From the NCBI RefSeq assembly GCF_964355755.1, contig NC_092680.1, forward strand, positions 2,666,001 through 2,730,000: a stretch of DNA of 64,000 nt, given 5' to 3'. Shown here piece by piece: positions 13,234 to 26,858 of the stretch. Positions within the stretch are counted from its first letter, which is position 1. Every line of letters begins with the position of its first letter. The notes beneath the pieces were generated by a model. It was not told the DNA's origin. It worked only from the letters and a program-made list of their open reading frames with translations, and ran no database searches. A program made the position numbers and the translations under genes. Origin of the DNA: Antedon mediterranea. Taxonomy: Eukaryota > Animalia > Echinodermata.

Positions 13234-13679
13234 ATTACTAACTTTAATTAATATACGACTTAATCGAAACCACCTATAAATCAGGTTGTTTTGCAACGTG
13301 TGTATCACTTTCTTGCAATACCTAATGTTTGGTTCTGACTAGAGGCGTAATACAAAGACGTAACGCAACATAAGTGATTTGACCAATCACAAGCGATAGA
13401 TTATTCGAACTATCGCTTGTCATTGGTCAACACGCTTGCGTTGAGTCCTTGCGTTGAATGGGGACCAAGCATAAGTAAGTACAAGTTGTTGCTCACATTC
13501 ATTATTCATTATTGGAGATTTAAATAACATTTTAATTTTAAAATTAAATTTATGAAAAAAAAGAGGTAATATGGAATACAAAGTGAATTTACAAGATTTA
13601 AATTAATCAAATTTTAAAAAATGTGATAATAATGAAAATAATATGATTTTATGTTGATGATATGAAAGATGATATTAAT

Positions 13680-14030
13680 GTGAATAAAAGTGGTCTTTAC
13701 GCCACAAAATAGAAAAAAAAACATTCTAATTAACGAAACCCGATCGATACAAAAAATTCTCTTTTAAACATTTTAATCGTCGTGTAGGTGGCCTGAAATA
13801 AAAGTGGTGTTCACGCCACAAGAGAGAAAAAAAACCCCATTTTAATTTATGAAACTCAATCGGTACTAAAATTCTCCTTTAAACATTTTAATCGTCGTGT
13901 AAGTGGCCTGAAATAAAAGTGGTGTTCACGCCACAAGAGAGAAAAAAAAACATTTTAATTTACGAAACCCAATCGATACTAAAATTCTCCTTTAAACATT
14001 TTAATCGTCGTGTAAGTAGTCCTGAGATAA
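13680..14030. repeat. ~114-bp tandem repeat x3; 13560-13715 also matches 28835-29000
   Basis: aataaaagtggtgttcacgccacaaga...taaacattttaatcgtcgtgta repeated three times; gaggtaatatggaatacaaagtgaatttac block recurs at ~28835. Confidence 0.85.
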
Positions 14031-14278
14031 AAGATGAAGTCTGTAGGCATTATGTGAGCAATCATGCTTAATTGTGTCCTATTTGATGCCATAGGATGTA
14101 GGACACACAGTTCAAATTCTCAATCCAGTCATCAATACACTCAATAATGTTCGTTTTTTAATAAGTTCTAAAATTATATTTTCCATTATAAAAATCGATT
14201 TCACCGAAACAGTTTTATGAAAACATTTTATGAAGCTGAAATTGACACTTGTTATTGAATTTGTGATTGCATTTCTAA

Positions 14279-14438
14279 AGCTCTGTATCCACTATAAAAC
14301 TTTATGTGACCAAAAAATATGATGTGCCCATATATAGACATGATGATGTCATATCACTACTATATTTGTGCACATCACTAACATATTTATTTTATTAACT
14401 TTTTTTGGTTAAACTAGTTTGATAGTGTAGACAGAGCT
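14279..14438. mobile_element. MITE family C copy
   Basis: taa|agctctgtatccactataaaac...gtttgatagtgtagacagagct|tta. Confidence 0.8.
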
Positions 14439-16011
14439 TTAAAAATGTTTTCCACTCTTTAAGAAAACATTTCAAACAAACAGTCTGACTGTAGACTGAT
14501 TTTATTATATTGCAATTTGCCATAAAATGGAAAGTTCAATTTAAGCGAAAATACACCACACAGAACTTTTATTTCAATGTATAAAAGCTATACTTGATGA
14601 AAAGTGTTTTTGAAAAAATTTTTGTAAAGTTAAAGAGTTAAAACCAGAGCTACTGGTCAAACTTGTATAATTTGTTTTTTAAGATGAACTAAACGCATGT
14701 AGAAAAACGTAATATACTATCACAGAACTATTATATACAATGCATAGGCATCTTCTTGATGAAAAAATGTGTTTTTGTAAAGTTGAAGTTGTATTAAATA
14801 GCAATAGTTACGCACAAGGTTTCATCTCTACTATATAAATCGATGAGTTACCTCTTTTTTTTTAGTATACAAATCGATTGAGTTTAGAAACAATCAGTCA
14901 GTCTCTCGACAAGCAGACAACACGTATACATTACATTACTCGTTAATATACTCTTCATGTTTTCCATACTTCTGCAAAACAACCTTAGGTTTACATGCAG
15001 TTGTGTTATATAATGACTTCTTTAAATATACAACATATCCATATGTATGTATTGAAGAACCCTAAGGTGAAACAGACGTGGAGAAAATCCGTATATGTTG
15101 CACATTAATGCGTTTTTGATTTTGTAATATTCTGGTCCATCAGGTTATTTTGGAGGTATGGCGTGCTTGAAATGAAAAAATCCCTGATGTGTTCACGTTT
15201 GACAGGATCCGTTTGGAACGTTAAGTTTACATCCGTTGCGCGCGTTGTTACCGTATATCGTAGGAAACCCTCCTCGGTGCGATTAATTATTTATACGTCT
15301 CGTAGTAGTGATTGTATACTAAAATCTAATACACGTTATTATACATATCAGAAAAAAAAGCATGTGTTCGAATTGAAGGCTATTAGTCTACTAGTATTAA
15401 TATCTGATTTTATGGTTATCTGTCTCATAGCGTCCAAACACTCAATCAGTTAGATACTTAACCGTTATTTTAGAACGTCGCATCTAACACTTTTGTTTTC
15501 AAATTGGTTAAATTCTGTCAAATAGCACAAGATTCAATCGTTTTGATATATGCCTTCATCTCTTAATGTCTATCAATACATAAGCCAAATTCTTTGTTAA
15601 ATTTATTTTTAATAATTTGTATTTTTATAGCTCTCATTTCATCTTCTGTTTGACATAAATACATGTATTTGATTTGATTCAATAGATTGGCCGTATTAGT
15701 GTTCCATACTCAATTGGACAAGAAACTGTCTCTCTAAATAGTGTTACTGAATCGTTAATTAGGAATATATGTATTGAACAGGAAATCACGTATACGATAT
15801 ATTTAGTAGGCCATCTCCATGGATTGAATAGTACTTTCATTATAATTCCCCAATTTAATTGATAGTCAACTTACATCATTTAATTACGTAAACAACTTAC
15901 GGAGTATAAATAAATGGAATGGTTTTAATCAACTAATTCCTTGCTTATAGCTTGAATCAAGTATCCGTAGTATTAATAGTTTTAAACAATAGAAATGGTA
16001 TTATTTTCTAA

Positions 16012-16172
16012 AGCCTTGTCTACACTATCAACATTTATGTGACAAAAATGATGTGCCCCATTAGATGGACATGATGATGTCATATCACTACCATATTTGG
16101 TCATCACTACCATATTTGGGCACATCACACTTTTTTTTGTCGTCAAACTACTATGATAGTGTAGACAGAGCT
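16012..16172. mobile_element. MITE family C copy with TAA TSD (partial second copy ~16290-16401)
   Basis: taa|agccttgtctacactatca...gatagtgtagacagagct|taa. Confidence 0.8.
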
Positions 16173-17010
16173 TAAGGTTTGATAGACTTGAACCTTCAAT
16201 GAGCGGTGCGGACAGACCTTCCGTAACTGAAATTCGTATTAAAACCCCCGTTTGTCCTTCCTTTTATTTAGTGCTTTAGTATACCTCTCGTAAGTGGGCA
16301 CAACTTTGGGCATGTCACTACCATATTTGGGCATGTCACTACCATATTTAGGTACATCACACTTGTTTTTGTCAAACTAGTTTGATAGTATAAACAGAGC
16401 TTAAGGTTAATCCTGTCATGTAATTGAAATAATATTATATACTCCCTGATAGACATGGAAAATAGGTCATATATATAGCCTAGAACTGTATATAAGTTTC
16501 TGAATGGTTATAAATAATAAAGAGGAAAGGTACCCAAATTAAATAGCTAATGTTACATTATAGACCTATAAAGCTGGTGTGCCGATAACGGTTATAGTAG
16601 GCCATAAAATAAATATAACTAAGGAAGTTGTCGTTGCCCTCAGAAACAATGTAATATATAGTATTAGTATAGCAATATATTGTATTTAGGTTAGTAGTCT
16701 ATGTGTGATAAAGGTTGTTGTCAGCAGACAAGAAACTGAGTTATTGTTACTGTACATATAGACATAACACCGTTAGAGAGCCGGGTGTATCGCATTTTTA
16801 GTAGACCACATTAGTGTTGGTTCATCGGAGCACAGTTATAACGAGGTTAGCAACATATTTAATTAAATACATATGATTTTGGAACTGAGTTTCAGTCTGA
16901 GATTGAGCAACAAAATAAAAGTATTTTACCAATAGTATCCACATCGATAATCCATTCTCAGAAGTAACGCACGATTTACCGAATATTCCCTTACGTAAAT
17001 TTATATATAG

Positions 17011-18313
17011 ACTAGATGGTACGCTCGCTTCGCTCGCGTACCATCTAGGTCGTGCCCACAGATGGTTCTCGAATACACGTCAGTAATTTCAGCGACACAA
17101 AACTGGCGATTTCAAATGTACGTACCGCAGGTATAATACATTGTCGTTTACAGAAACGAATAAAAAGACACGATGATTTATGTAGTCAACTAAAATTAGC
17201 ACCTTCCGAAGGAGAAACTTATCACAAAATGAGTCCAAATTTTTGATTTGGACTCATTTAAAGAAACCCAATTTGTGTTTTTATGTAACATTAGGGTTGA
17301 GGGATGGGAAAGCGGATAGGTACAAAGAGGAACAATTTTTAAATATATTCTTTATCCACTCAGTAACGAAATATTTTTTTCATGTTTTATAGGCCTATAA
17401 ATAATATACCTCTAAATACAGTAAAACATTTCCGATTTAATACTTTGTTAAAACTGTCACTGTCATAATCGATTGAAATATTAAAGTACATGTCACGATA
17501 CACCACTACGACGTTTATATTTTTGGTAATTATTAATTAATACAAACGTTGAGAATGAACTGCCAGTATAAAGTTTATTTGTATATCTAACAGTAGAGCC
17601 TATCCACAATCTCAGTAATAAAGTTTATTTGTATATATTTTATATTACATCTAACAGTACGAACATTCACAGTAAGAAATGCTCGATTCAAATGTGGACC
17701 AAAAATAGTTAATAGGTAATTTATAGTATTGTCAAAGTATTGCAAGTTTATTCTCAAAAGACCCATATATTTACCTACCGTATGTGTTAAACCAAGGGCT
17801 CATAAATTTACCTACTTGTGTTAAACCAAACTCTGGCAGACTGAGAGATTGGGATGTTCCATTCATCGCAAATCAATACATTTGTATAATCGTATATTAA
17901 ATCTATCAAAATAGTATTTTTTAAAGAAAATCGGCATGTCTTCAACATTATGATGCTGTACTCTAGCTGTTCAACCGGTTTTCAGCTATTAAAAACAATT
18001 ATCGTAGGAGGAGATAGGAAAATGCGAAGCCTCCTCGCATTTTTGTGGCGGGTATTTTTCAAGATGGACATCCATTAGACAGTGTATACCAGGATCGGAA
18101 AACACCCCTTTTTGGGGCAAATCGTTGAACCTAAATTCGTTTTAATCGTCAATAACTAATTATCTAACTTAATTTAATTAGTAAACAGGATTACATCAGG
18201 TGGTTAAAATCAGTACCGAAAGTACGAACCAACTTTATATACCATCGAGTAAAAATTCTAGAAGTAAGGCGCGATTTACCGAATTTTGCCCTTACGTAAA
18301 TTTATATATAGAT
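17011..18313 (+). mobile_element. Putative non-autonomous Helitron/Helentron-like element (~1.3 kb)
   Basis: Starts with hairpin ctagatggtacgc-tcgcttcgctc-gcgtaccatctag; internal hairpin gagtccaaat-ttttg-atttggactc (17231-17255); ends cccttacgtaaatttatatatagat. The same end also lies directly upstream (16955-17011). Class assignment is by resemblance. Confidence 0.5.
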
Positions 18314-18889
18314 TATACCTATACATTGTGGATGTTTCGTTTTTTTTATGTGTAGGACTTACATTCTTATGTTTAATGAATAAGGTTTCGGCTTAGTGGA
18401 CTTACTTTGTTTGAAAAATGTCTAATTCATGATAAGCCTTAGAATTCTGCGCAGCAATCAATGTATCATCTTTCTTCTCCTAGTTGAACCCCGCAAGTCT
18501 TCTACTATTATTTTACACACTAAAGTATTTACAATTGTGTTTACAATTCTTCATTCTGTAGTTAGTTGGAATACTAATTATACAATTCTGGCTATCCTCT
18601 TATTTCTCTGAAAACAAAATCTATGTGAGTTTGTCTTTGAATGCATTTATGTTGTACCTATAAGCCTTGAGGTAGCATTCGCGATTTCTTTATTATTCAC
18701 CTTTAACATATTGGCTGACTTGGTCATCATTTAAAATGGCTTCTGTAATGGCTGCATCAAATTAATTATTTCTTTCAGATCAGGCGGATGTTATTGATCA
18801 GCCTGAGTGAGACATTAACAAGTAAAAAAAAACAGGAGGGTACTTAATGCTATCATGTTGGCTTATTTATTTACATTCCATTCGAATTT

Positions 18890-19048
18890 AGCACTCTTTT
18901 TAACTGGTAAGTTTGTTCGCGCGAATCGAAAGCGTCGGCTTTTACCCATGCGTAGAGAGGGATTTGAAAGATTCAAACATGAATACGCATGCGTATAAGC
19001 TGACATTTTCAATTCGTGCGAACAAATTCACCTGGTGGAAAATAGGCT
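18890..19048. mobile_element. Degenerate TIR MITE
   Basis: Imperfect inverted termini ...tggtaagtttgttcgcgcgaat / attcgtgcgaacaaattcacctgg...aataggct|tta. Confidence 0.55.
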
Positions 19049-19747
19049 TTAAATACCCCAAAGACTTTACTTTACCCATAATTCTTTGAACAGTTACCCA
19101 TAATTCATGTAATTCATGTTCACACGCATCAGTGTGTGATCGTTTATCTCTCTTATGCCTCCGTGTCTTTAACTCTAATAATAGGCCTACCTTTATTATA
19201 ACTCTGATATCCGTTGTTTTTAACTCCTATATATACATTTATTGTACCTCTGATATACGCTGTAGCGTTACACAACGTGTGAACGCAGTAGAGCAAATTA
19301 AACCGCGATTACTCCAATTGATCGTCTAAATATTACATTTGTTTTTGCATGATGCTTGTGTTTATTCTTTTGCCAATTATTGTACGGACACAAAGTACGT
19401 TTTTAACAAATTTATTTTAAATGCAACTACTGTACTGCATTAGTGTTATGCCTAATCTTTAGTGACGTCATGAACAGCGAAGATTAGTAAACAAATACTT
19501 AGGTAAAAAGAAACGAATAATTTCAGACTTATAACATTTTTTTTGTATCTTTTTATTTACCTATAAAGGTATATTAAATTTTGATTTTTATATTTAAATA
19601 ATTGCACAGTAAGTCCGTCGCCATACTAAACTTAAATCCGATTTCAAATGTTTCAGGAATTAAACGGTTTTTCCTTCTACTCAACTTGTAGTTGTTTATT
19701 TAGGTCGCTATTTAATCAGCATACTGGTTATTTAATTGTTTCGTCTT

Positions 19748-19872
19748 AAAAACAAGGCCAACAGCCATTAAGTCGCGTGCTACAATGCATAGTGATACCG
19801 GACCGACAGACAGACCGACAGACAGACCGACCGACATAGTGAACTATAGAGTCGCGTCCACGCGACTAAAAA
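19748..19872 (+). mobile_element. HINE/DINE-1-like short Helentron-derived element
   Basis: aaaaacaag start, sub-terminal IR agtcgcgtg, (gaca/gacc)n microsatellite, terminal hairpin agtcgcgtccacgcgact + aaaaa; related copy at 35836-35952. Confidence 0.6.
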
Positions 19873-20680
19873 CCCGTATTCTCAATTTCTAATTCGTCGT
19901 TTATTTCTCTTCAGTACAGTACGTTGAAAAATGTCCTTCAATAGTAGATTTGTATTTTCGGTGACATATGTTCTTTATGTCATATCGGCGGCATTTAAAC
20001 AAAAAGTGTACTTTTAATTAGTTAGGTTTCTCAATTATCATTAACTGAAACCACATTATTTTGGTTCCTAATTTCAATTTTAATTAAAAATGTAGTAATA
20101 TGGTATTATAGTATATAGTATATATATATTTTTACTATTAGTCTGGTAGTTAGTGTTTAACCGGGAAAATTCGGTACAAAAGAAATTATTACATCATTTA
20201 AAACGGAATAACATATCAAAAATGTTTAGACGCGTTTTTCTTTTATTTAACATTTTTGATAAAAATGGCCTACTGTATATTAATATGATTGTATTTTTTG
20301 GCAATCGCTAACTGTAGAGGCTTCTATTTGGTTCTTCTAAATTGTTTACTTCATACATATTTCTATTTGCCCTAATAAAAATGTTTGTCAAAACAATGGC
20401 AGGAAAGGTCATTTTTTAAATATTGACTTCATAGTAATATTATCTCAATAAATAAGAGGTGACTAATCACGACACGATGACGAATCATCATGTCGCTTCT
20501 GATTGGTCAACTCACCACGTGCGCGTACATCGTTGCGTTGCGTCCAAGTGGAAACCATAATTATTAAAAATCAATGTATTCATTTTTTACTAGATAAATT
20601 CCCACACTTATTTTATTTGAATAGAGGCTTAGTTGAAGGGATGTTGTAAAATAATCAGTCAGGTATTTAAAATAGGATTA

Positions 20681-20903
20681 AGCGTGGTTCCCACTAGAAC
20701 GCAACGCAGCGACATAGTGACGCAAAGTGTTGTATTGCGTAATAAATGGGAACCGACGACGCAAAAAGTGCTTCAAACATAGCAGGTTTGATTTCACGCA
20801 GGCGGGGGGAAACACTATTATTGGAAGGGCATTTCTTACGTTGCGTAGATTGCGTTACGTTGCGTAGATTGCGTTACGTTGCGTCACTAGTGGGAACTAA
20901 GCT
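20681..20903. mobile_element. MITE family B (same TIR as family A, different core), TTA TSD
   Basis: tta|agcgtggttcccactag...ctagtgggaactaagct|tta. Confidence 0.85.
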
Positions 20904-22342
20904 TTAGAGCTGCTTCATATCCATGTAACAAGCTACCGGTACATGTCGTGCAACGTCAACTTTAAGATTTTCTAGTTCAACAGTTTATGATCCTCTTTAC
21001 AACTTCAATCCTTCATCAGTAGACATCAGAAATCCATCAACTGAAAGAAGCCTAGTTTATAGTGGCAAGCCAACCAGAAAACAAACAAAATACCTGAAAC
21101 TAGTGTTGAACTGTACTCGTTATGCAAATCACGTTTTGGCATTACTTTTGCAAATGCTTCTCTGCGATATACAGCAAAATCTATGCAAATTTATTGTCAA
21201 TTTTTAAACGAGGTGACAAGAGAACATTTAATCATTAGCGATTACTGCTTTTGTGCGTATTTAATTAATTATTGTTTTGATTAAAAATGATTAAGCTGAC
21301 GCCTCTATTTGTAGATTATGTGAATTTCTCACCTACAACCTTAATGTACTGGCAAAATTTAATTTGTTTTGTTTTAGCCCATAAAACCAGTTCTTCAAAA
21401 AACAATTTCATAAAAACACCGTTGGTATTGTTTTGTAATTTTGAAAATGTTTTGGGCCTACTCGTATATCATTTTCATACTTCACACACTCTCATACTTT
21501 ATTGTGTAGCCTAAATGAATGTTTTGCGGGAGTATCAATTGCGCGTGCGTACTAAAAACACCGGTTCTGCATGCTTAACCGTCTTTTCTATTTCGTATGA
21601 TAAGGCCATATATTTATTGGCATCAAACAAGATTAAATATAGTACTGTACACATTTAAAAGATAATATCACTTTATTTTTTATTTGTAAATTTCCCCAAC
21701 CAAAACACATCCCTCCCAATAATTATCTGCTTATGATAAATATATATTTATTTTCTTAAAAATTATCCCAAAAATTAATATTCACAGTGTTTAGGCCTAC
21801 GGTAACCAAACGCGGCACTTTCGCCTACTACACGTAGACGTCCACAGCGTCACACACGAAGACCTAGCCTAGCCCACGTCTATCCATCACACAGCAAAAT
21901 GTATGAATGAACCGGTACGAAACGTCCACTGCACGTAACATACGTAGACCTAGCCTAGCCCACGTCTATCCATCACACAGCAAATGTATGAATGAACTGT
22001 CGAACTGTGAACCAGATCATTTGTTTTATTTGTTGTCATTTTAATTGTCTGAAAGCCAAAATTACTTTTTCCAGTTTTTAATTTCCTTCAGTGGATTCAC
22101 ACTTGATTTCTCAACAATAACAGATTTGAAATCATTTTAATTCAAAAAATATTTTATAAAACAGTCTCAAGATGGTGATCTATATTATTTTAAATAATAT
22201 CGTGATTTATATTGTATAAGTAAACTTAAATTACATATATTAATCATTTTTTATTATGAATAATAATAATATAAATTGTGGTCATAATTCAAAATATACA
22301 TGTTAAAAACGGTTGATTCCGAAATGAATTGGAAAAGAAAAA

Positions 22343-22860
22343 CTTGAATACGTAACATAACGCGCGTTTTCCTGCATGTGGCCTAGCCTGTATGACGCAA
22401 CGCAAGTAAATTGATCAATCAACAATTGATCATTGCAATTGTCGCTTGTCATTGGTCAACTCACCTGAATAAGGTTCGAATACGTAACATAACGCGCGTC
22501 CTCCTGCATGTGGCCTAGCCTGTATGATGCAACCCAAGGAAATTGGTCAATCAACAATTGATCATTGCAACTGTCGCTTGTCATTGGTCAACTCACCTGT
22601 ATAAGGTTTGAATACGTAACATAAAGCGCGTTCTCCTGCATGTGGCCTAGCCTGTATGGCGCAACGCAAGTAAATTGATCAATCAACAATATTGATCATT
22701 GCAACTGTCGCTTGTCATTGGTCAACTCACCTGTATATGGTTTGAATACGTAACATAAAGTGCGTCCTCCTGCATTTGGCCTAGCCTGTATGACGCAACG
22801 CAAGTAAATTGATCATTGCAACTGTCGCTTGTCATTGGTCAACTCACCTGTATAAGGTTT
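22343..22860. repeat. ~133-bp tandem repeat x4 containing MITE family A internal sequence
   Basis: Unit gaatacgtaacataa...ggcctagcctgtatgacgcaacgcaagtaaattgatcaatc...ctgtcgcttgtcattggtcaactcacctg. Confidence 0.85.
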
Positions 22861-24244
22861 ATCGCAAATACCTTGAAAACGGTAGAAGATGTTTGTATAT
22901 CTGATGTTTTTGTTTTCTTTCCCACTAGAATGCAAACGGTTTCGTCACACTCATCTGTCAATGTCACCCTCGTATTCTCTGCGGCTGCGTACAACATTTC
23001 TATTAAAAAAATCATTTATCATTAAGTACATTAAGATAAATAAAATATAAATAAATGAAAAATTCCATTCTAGTTATCATAGGCAGGCATCAACATGACA
23101 TACGGTAAAACGAAGCAAAAACACAATCATAGTAATTAAAACTTATATATTGCAGGAAGTGAAATAATTAATTCATGTCTGTTAGACTATTTTAGTTGCC
23201 TTGTTTTGACAATTTTCCCTCAGCACATATTTTTTTAATAGCAATCACAATCATTTTTATTACTCAATACTCAGGAATTTTTTTTAGAAAATGAAAACAT
23301 TACAGTATAATCGATTTTTATACGTGATAATTAATTTCATGATACCGATTGATGGACCGACCTGCGGCGGTCTTTTTATTGAAGTCATGGTGAGTATGAA
23401 ATATAAAAGTTCTTTCAATTGGATCAATATTCAATATGATGAGGCGGCGCGTATTAGATGCGGTAGGAAGAGAATTAATGTATACCATCAACACCTTATT
23501 GACATCTCTGACATACAGGCCTACATTTAGAGAAACAGTTTTTTCGAAATTTTTAAATTACGCTAATCCCCTTTTTTTTATTTGCAGTTATAATATTATT
23601 ATTAATCTAGTTCTATTTTTACTCTATTTTAATCGCGATAAATGTACCATAGTAGATCATCAGGAAAAGGCAATTTGCACATGATGGTTTATTTTTATCT
23701 GAAGCAGTTGATGACATAACATATCTGAGCAGTTAATAACACGTTGGGTCATTAAAAACTGACAAGTAGGCCTAACTATAGAAAATTATGTCACTCATCA
23801 GTGTATGCAAATTGGTATTATATCAGCGATCACGTGCAATGCTTTAGGGCTAATGTGTAATGTTGTTATTCATCGTGTAATTTCGTTTGTTTATAATTAA
23901 GTGATGATTCTTGATGTTGTTTTGAATTACATAATTTGCAATTGAAATGTACAACATCATCAGCCATTTCAAATACACTTTTAATCGTTCATGATTATTA
24001 TTCAAAGCCATGGCGCCATGGACGCAGCCAGAACATTTCCTCGGCGGCAAAACGTTTTCGCGGATGATTGACACGCGATCAATGTTTCTGCGTGGTATGT
24101 CCTCGCATAATCGTCTCTTGTAATAGGCCTTGTGTCAAACACTAAAGTAATGTTACGTTAATGTTAGTTACACTATTGGTTGGTAACAAAAATATTCCTC
24201 AAACACACCTTCACATTCTCTCGAAAGTAATGAAGAGAAAGTAT

Positions 24245-24745
24245 CCAGTCAATTATGAGAGAGTAGGCCTACCCACTCAATTATAGGAAAGTTACTCAAT
24301 TACGAGATAGTACCCACTAAATTATGAGAAAGTTACCCACTCAATTATTAGAGAGTAGGCCTACCCACTCAATTATGAGAAAGTTACCCACTTAATTAGG
24401 AGAGAGTAGGCCTACCCTCTCAATTATGAGAAAGTAGGCCTACCCACTCAATTATGAGAAAGTTACTCAATTATGGGATAGTACCCACTCAATTATGAGA
24501 AAGTTACCCACTCAATTATGAGAGAGTACTGTAGGCCTACCCACTCAATTATGAGAAAGTTACTCAATATGAGAAAGTTACTCAATTATGAGATAGTACC
24601 GTACCCACTCAATTATGAGAAAGTTACCCACTCAATTATGAGAGAGTACTGTAGGCATACCCACTCAATTATGAGAAAGTTACTCAATTATGAGATAGTA
24701 CCCACTCAATTATGAGAAAGTTACCCACTCAAATATGAGAGGGTC
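24245..24745. repeat. Variable-unit minisatellite (core tacccactcaattatgaga)
   Basis: About 20 units of 18-33 bp that differ by short insertions at one TA. Confidence 0.9.
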
Positions 24746-24862
24746 ATTCTCAATCTCTAACGAAGAGATGTACATTATTATATCAATTTTAGGTATATTT
24801 TTCTACGAAGGATGTTTTTAAATGCCAAAATACACAGGATGTTTGCGTTGTTTTGTACGTTA

Positions 24863-25042
24863 AGCTCTGTCTACACAAACTAGTTTGACAAAAAAAGTGT
24901 GATGTGCCCAAACACTGTAGTGATATAACCAAATATGGTAGTGATATGCTCAAATATGGTAGTAATATGACATCATCATGTCCATATATGGGACATCACA
25001 TTTTTAAGTCACATATGTTTTGATAGTGTAGACTGCAGAGTT
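24863..25042. mobile_element. MITE family C copy
   Basis: tta|agctctgtctacac...tttgatagtgtagac; internal repeats of (g)tgatat-ccaaatatggta. Confidence 0.75.
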
Positions 25043-26264
25043 TTAGGTAGGATATCACTGAGATGATCTGAATGTTGAATTCACTGTATTTGAAATTAGT
25101 TGTATTGTATCTGACAAAATCGATATAGGCTTGCAGCGAGCAGTTATATAAATTATTATCTAAGTCAAACAGAAATTTATTATGCCTCTATAAATATTTA
25201 TTTTTCTAACAAATTTAAAATACGTGATCAGTTTATATTATCTCACATAAACAATTCAGATTGTATATAATAACGCATCACATATGACTAAATATATTTC
25301 ATTAGATAATCAATTCAGGAAATCACCAATGAAAATGTCAATTTCTCCGTCCATCCTAAAAGAAAATCAATTGAAGAAATGCTTGTAATGTTAGCTTAGC
25401 CTAATAAAAATACTAGTTAGAAAAACTAGTAGAGTATGGATTCAGGTTTCAAGATTTTATATTCCTTTTTTTCTCCTTTATGGAGGTGTAAACTAGCGTT
25501 TTTATTCGTTCGTCATACATCACAAATATTATAGACGTCCTTAATATTTCTCTTTCTATATTACCCTTTTTAAAACATTATTTTCTTGAATTTAGGCCTA
25601 CTCATAGCCTAATTATAGTAAATAAATAATAAAAAAATGCATAATAGCTAATTTTCAAACTACGATATCTTTATAGTATATACAAAATTTAAGTTTCCAT
25701 ATTAACCACCATTTAAGCTGTTTTTTAGTTTCATTCCAAAATTTTGTATATCTCTACCAAGCTACCTTCTTTGTTTTCTATTCTTATTCAGAATCTACCC
25801 TGTCTCCTTTTGTTGTATTTATTTTATTCCTGTCCACCCAGGCAGCACTTGCCAGTTCTAATACTATGACGTTATCCAAATTCCTTCACTTTAATCCCTT
25901 TAATCATGATTAAATAGTAAAATGGTATATGATAAATGTGTATGTACCTGTATATAAAGCCAGCTCTGTTAGAATTAAAGATTTGCTTTCTTTTTTTACC
26001 TTTGTTGTGTAACATACACTAAATATTTAAAATAAATAAATCATACAATATAATGCACCAGAACAACAAGTGATCAATAACTAAATATAGTCATAATGTG
26101 AAATACAGCATCCATTAAGTAAATTGAGATGAGGGTCACTATTCAGTATAGATGCCTCTAACATCAGAATTGACTAATTGAAATTATATGTGAAGATGTT
26201 CCCTTTCACAATATTGTATGTTATTGTTCGATTCAAGATTGTTGATAATTTGTATGTAGTATAA

Positions 26265-26363
26265 AGCTCTGTCTACACTATCAAAAAAGTTTGATATGCC
26301 CAAATATGGTAGTAATATGACATCATCGTATCCATATATGGACACGATAGTGTAGACAGATCT
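26265..26363. mobile_element. MITE family C, internally deleted copy with TAA TSD
   Basis: taa|agctctgtctacactatc...gatagtgtagacagatct|taa. Confidence 0.75.
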
Positions 26364-26559
26364 TAAGATATACTAGACCTAACATAAATATTGTAAATAA
26401 AATTCTGACAGAGTGAACAGTCTACGTCTGAACAAGCACTAAGATTTTACAATCGTCCAGGGTTATTATGATAATATCTATGCTATACGTTTTGTTGTTT
26501 ATTCATTAAGGCATATGGAAATCATGAGGTTTCTTAAAGTTCTAAAATTGTATAGTATA

Positions 26560-26824
26560 CTTTTTCCTGACCAGCATTGTCTTTGGGGTGCCTCTGTCTT
26601 GGTTGTTGTCTCTGAGCACCCGGTCGTCTGTGGCAAGGCAAATGTGTATCCTGTTCCTTTGTTTGGTCACCTAGGTAGGGGTCCGGGACCGCGACAGAAC
26701 GAGAACGGATGGGGACCCTCCAAAGAAATTGCATTTTATTTGACGGGCATTTGTATGATTTGTTTTATTTTTTTTTTAATTGCGCCTTGAGCACTCTTGA
26801 GTGGTATGTGCGCTATAAAAATCC

Positions 26825-26857
<33 letters not shown>
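26560..26857 (+). mobile_element. L2-type SINE or LINE 3' end
   Basis: GC-richer body ending gcgccttgagcac...gtgcgctataaaaatcc + (tat)n. Similar tails on the minus strand at ~45770-45835 and ~58405-58455. Confidence 0.55.

Positions 26858-26858
<1 letters not shown>

Noticed and set aside
21122-23812. Three ATGCAAAT octamer sites upstream of the GPCR
   Set aside because: Several copies are expected by chance at this base composition.
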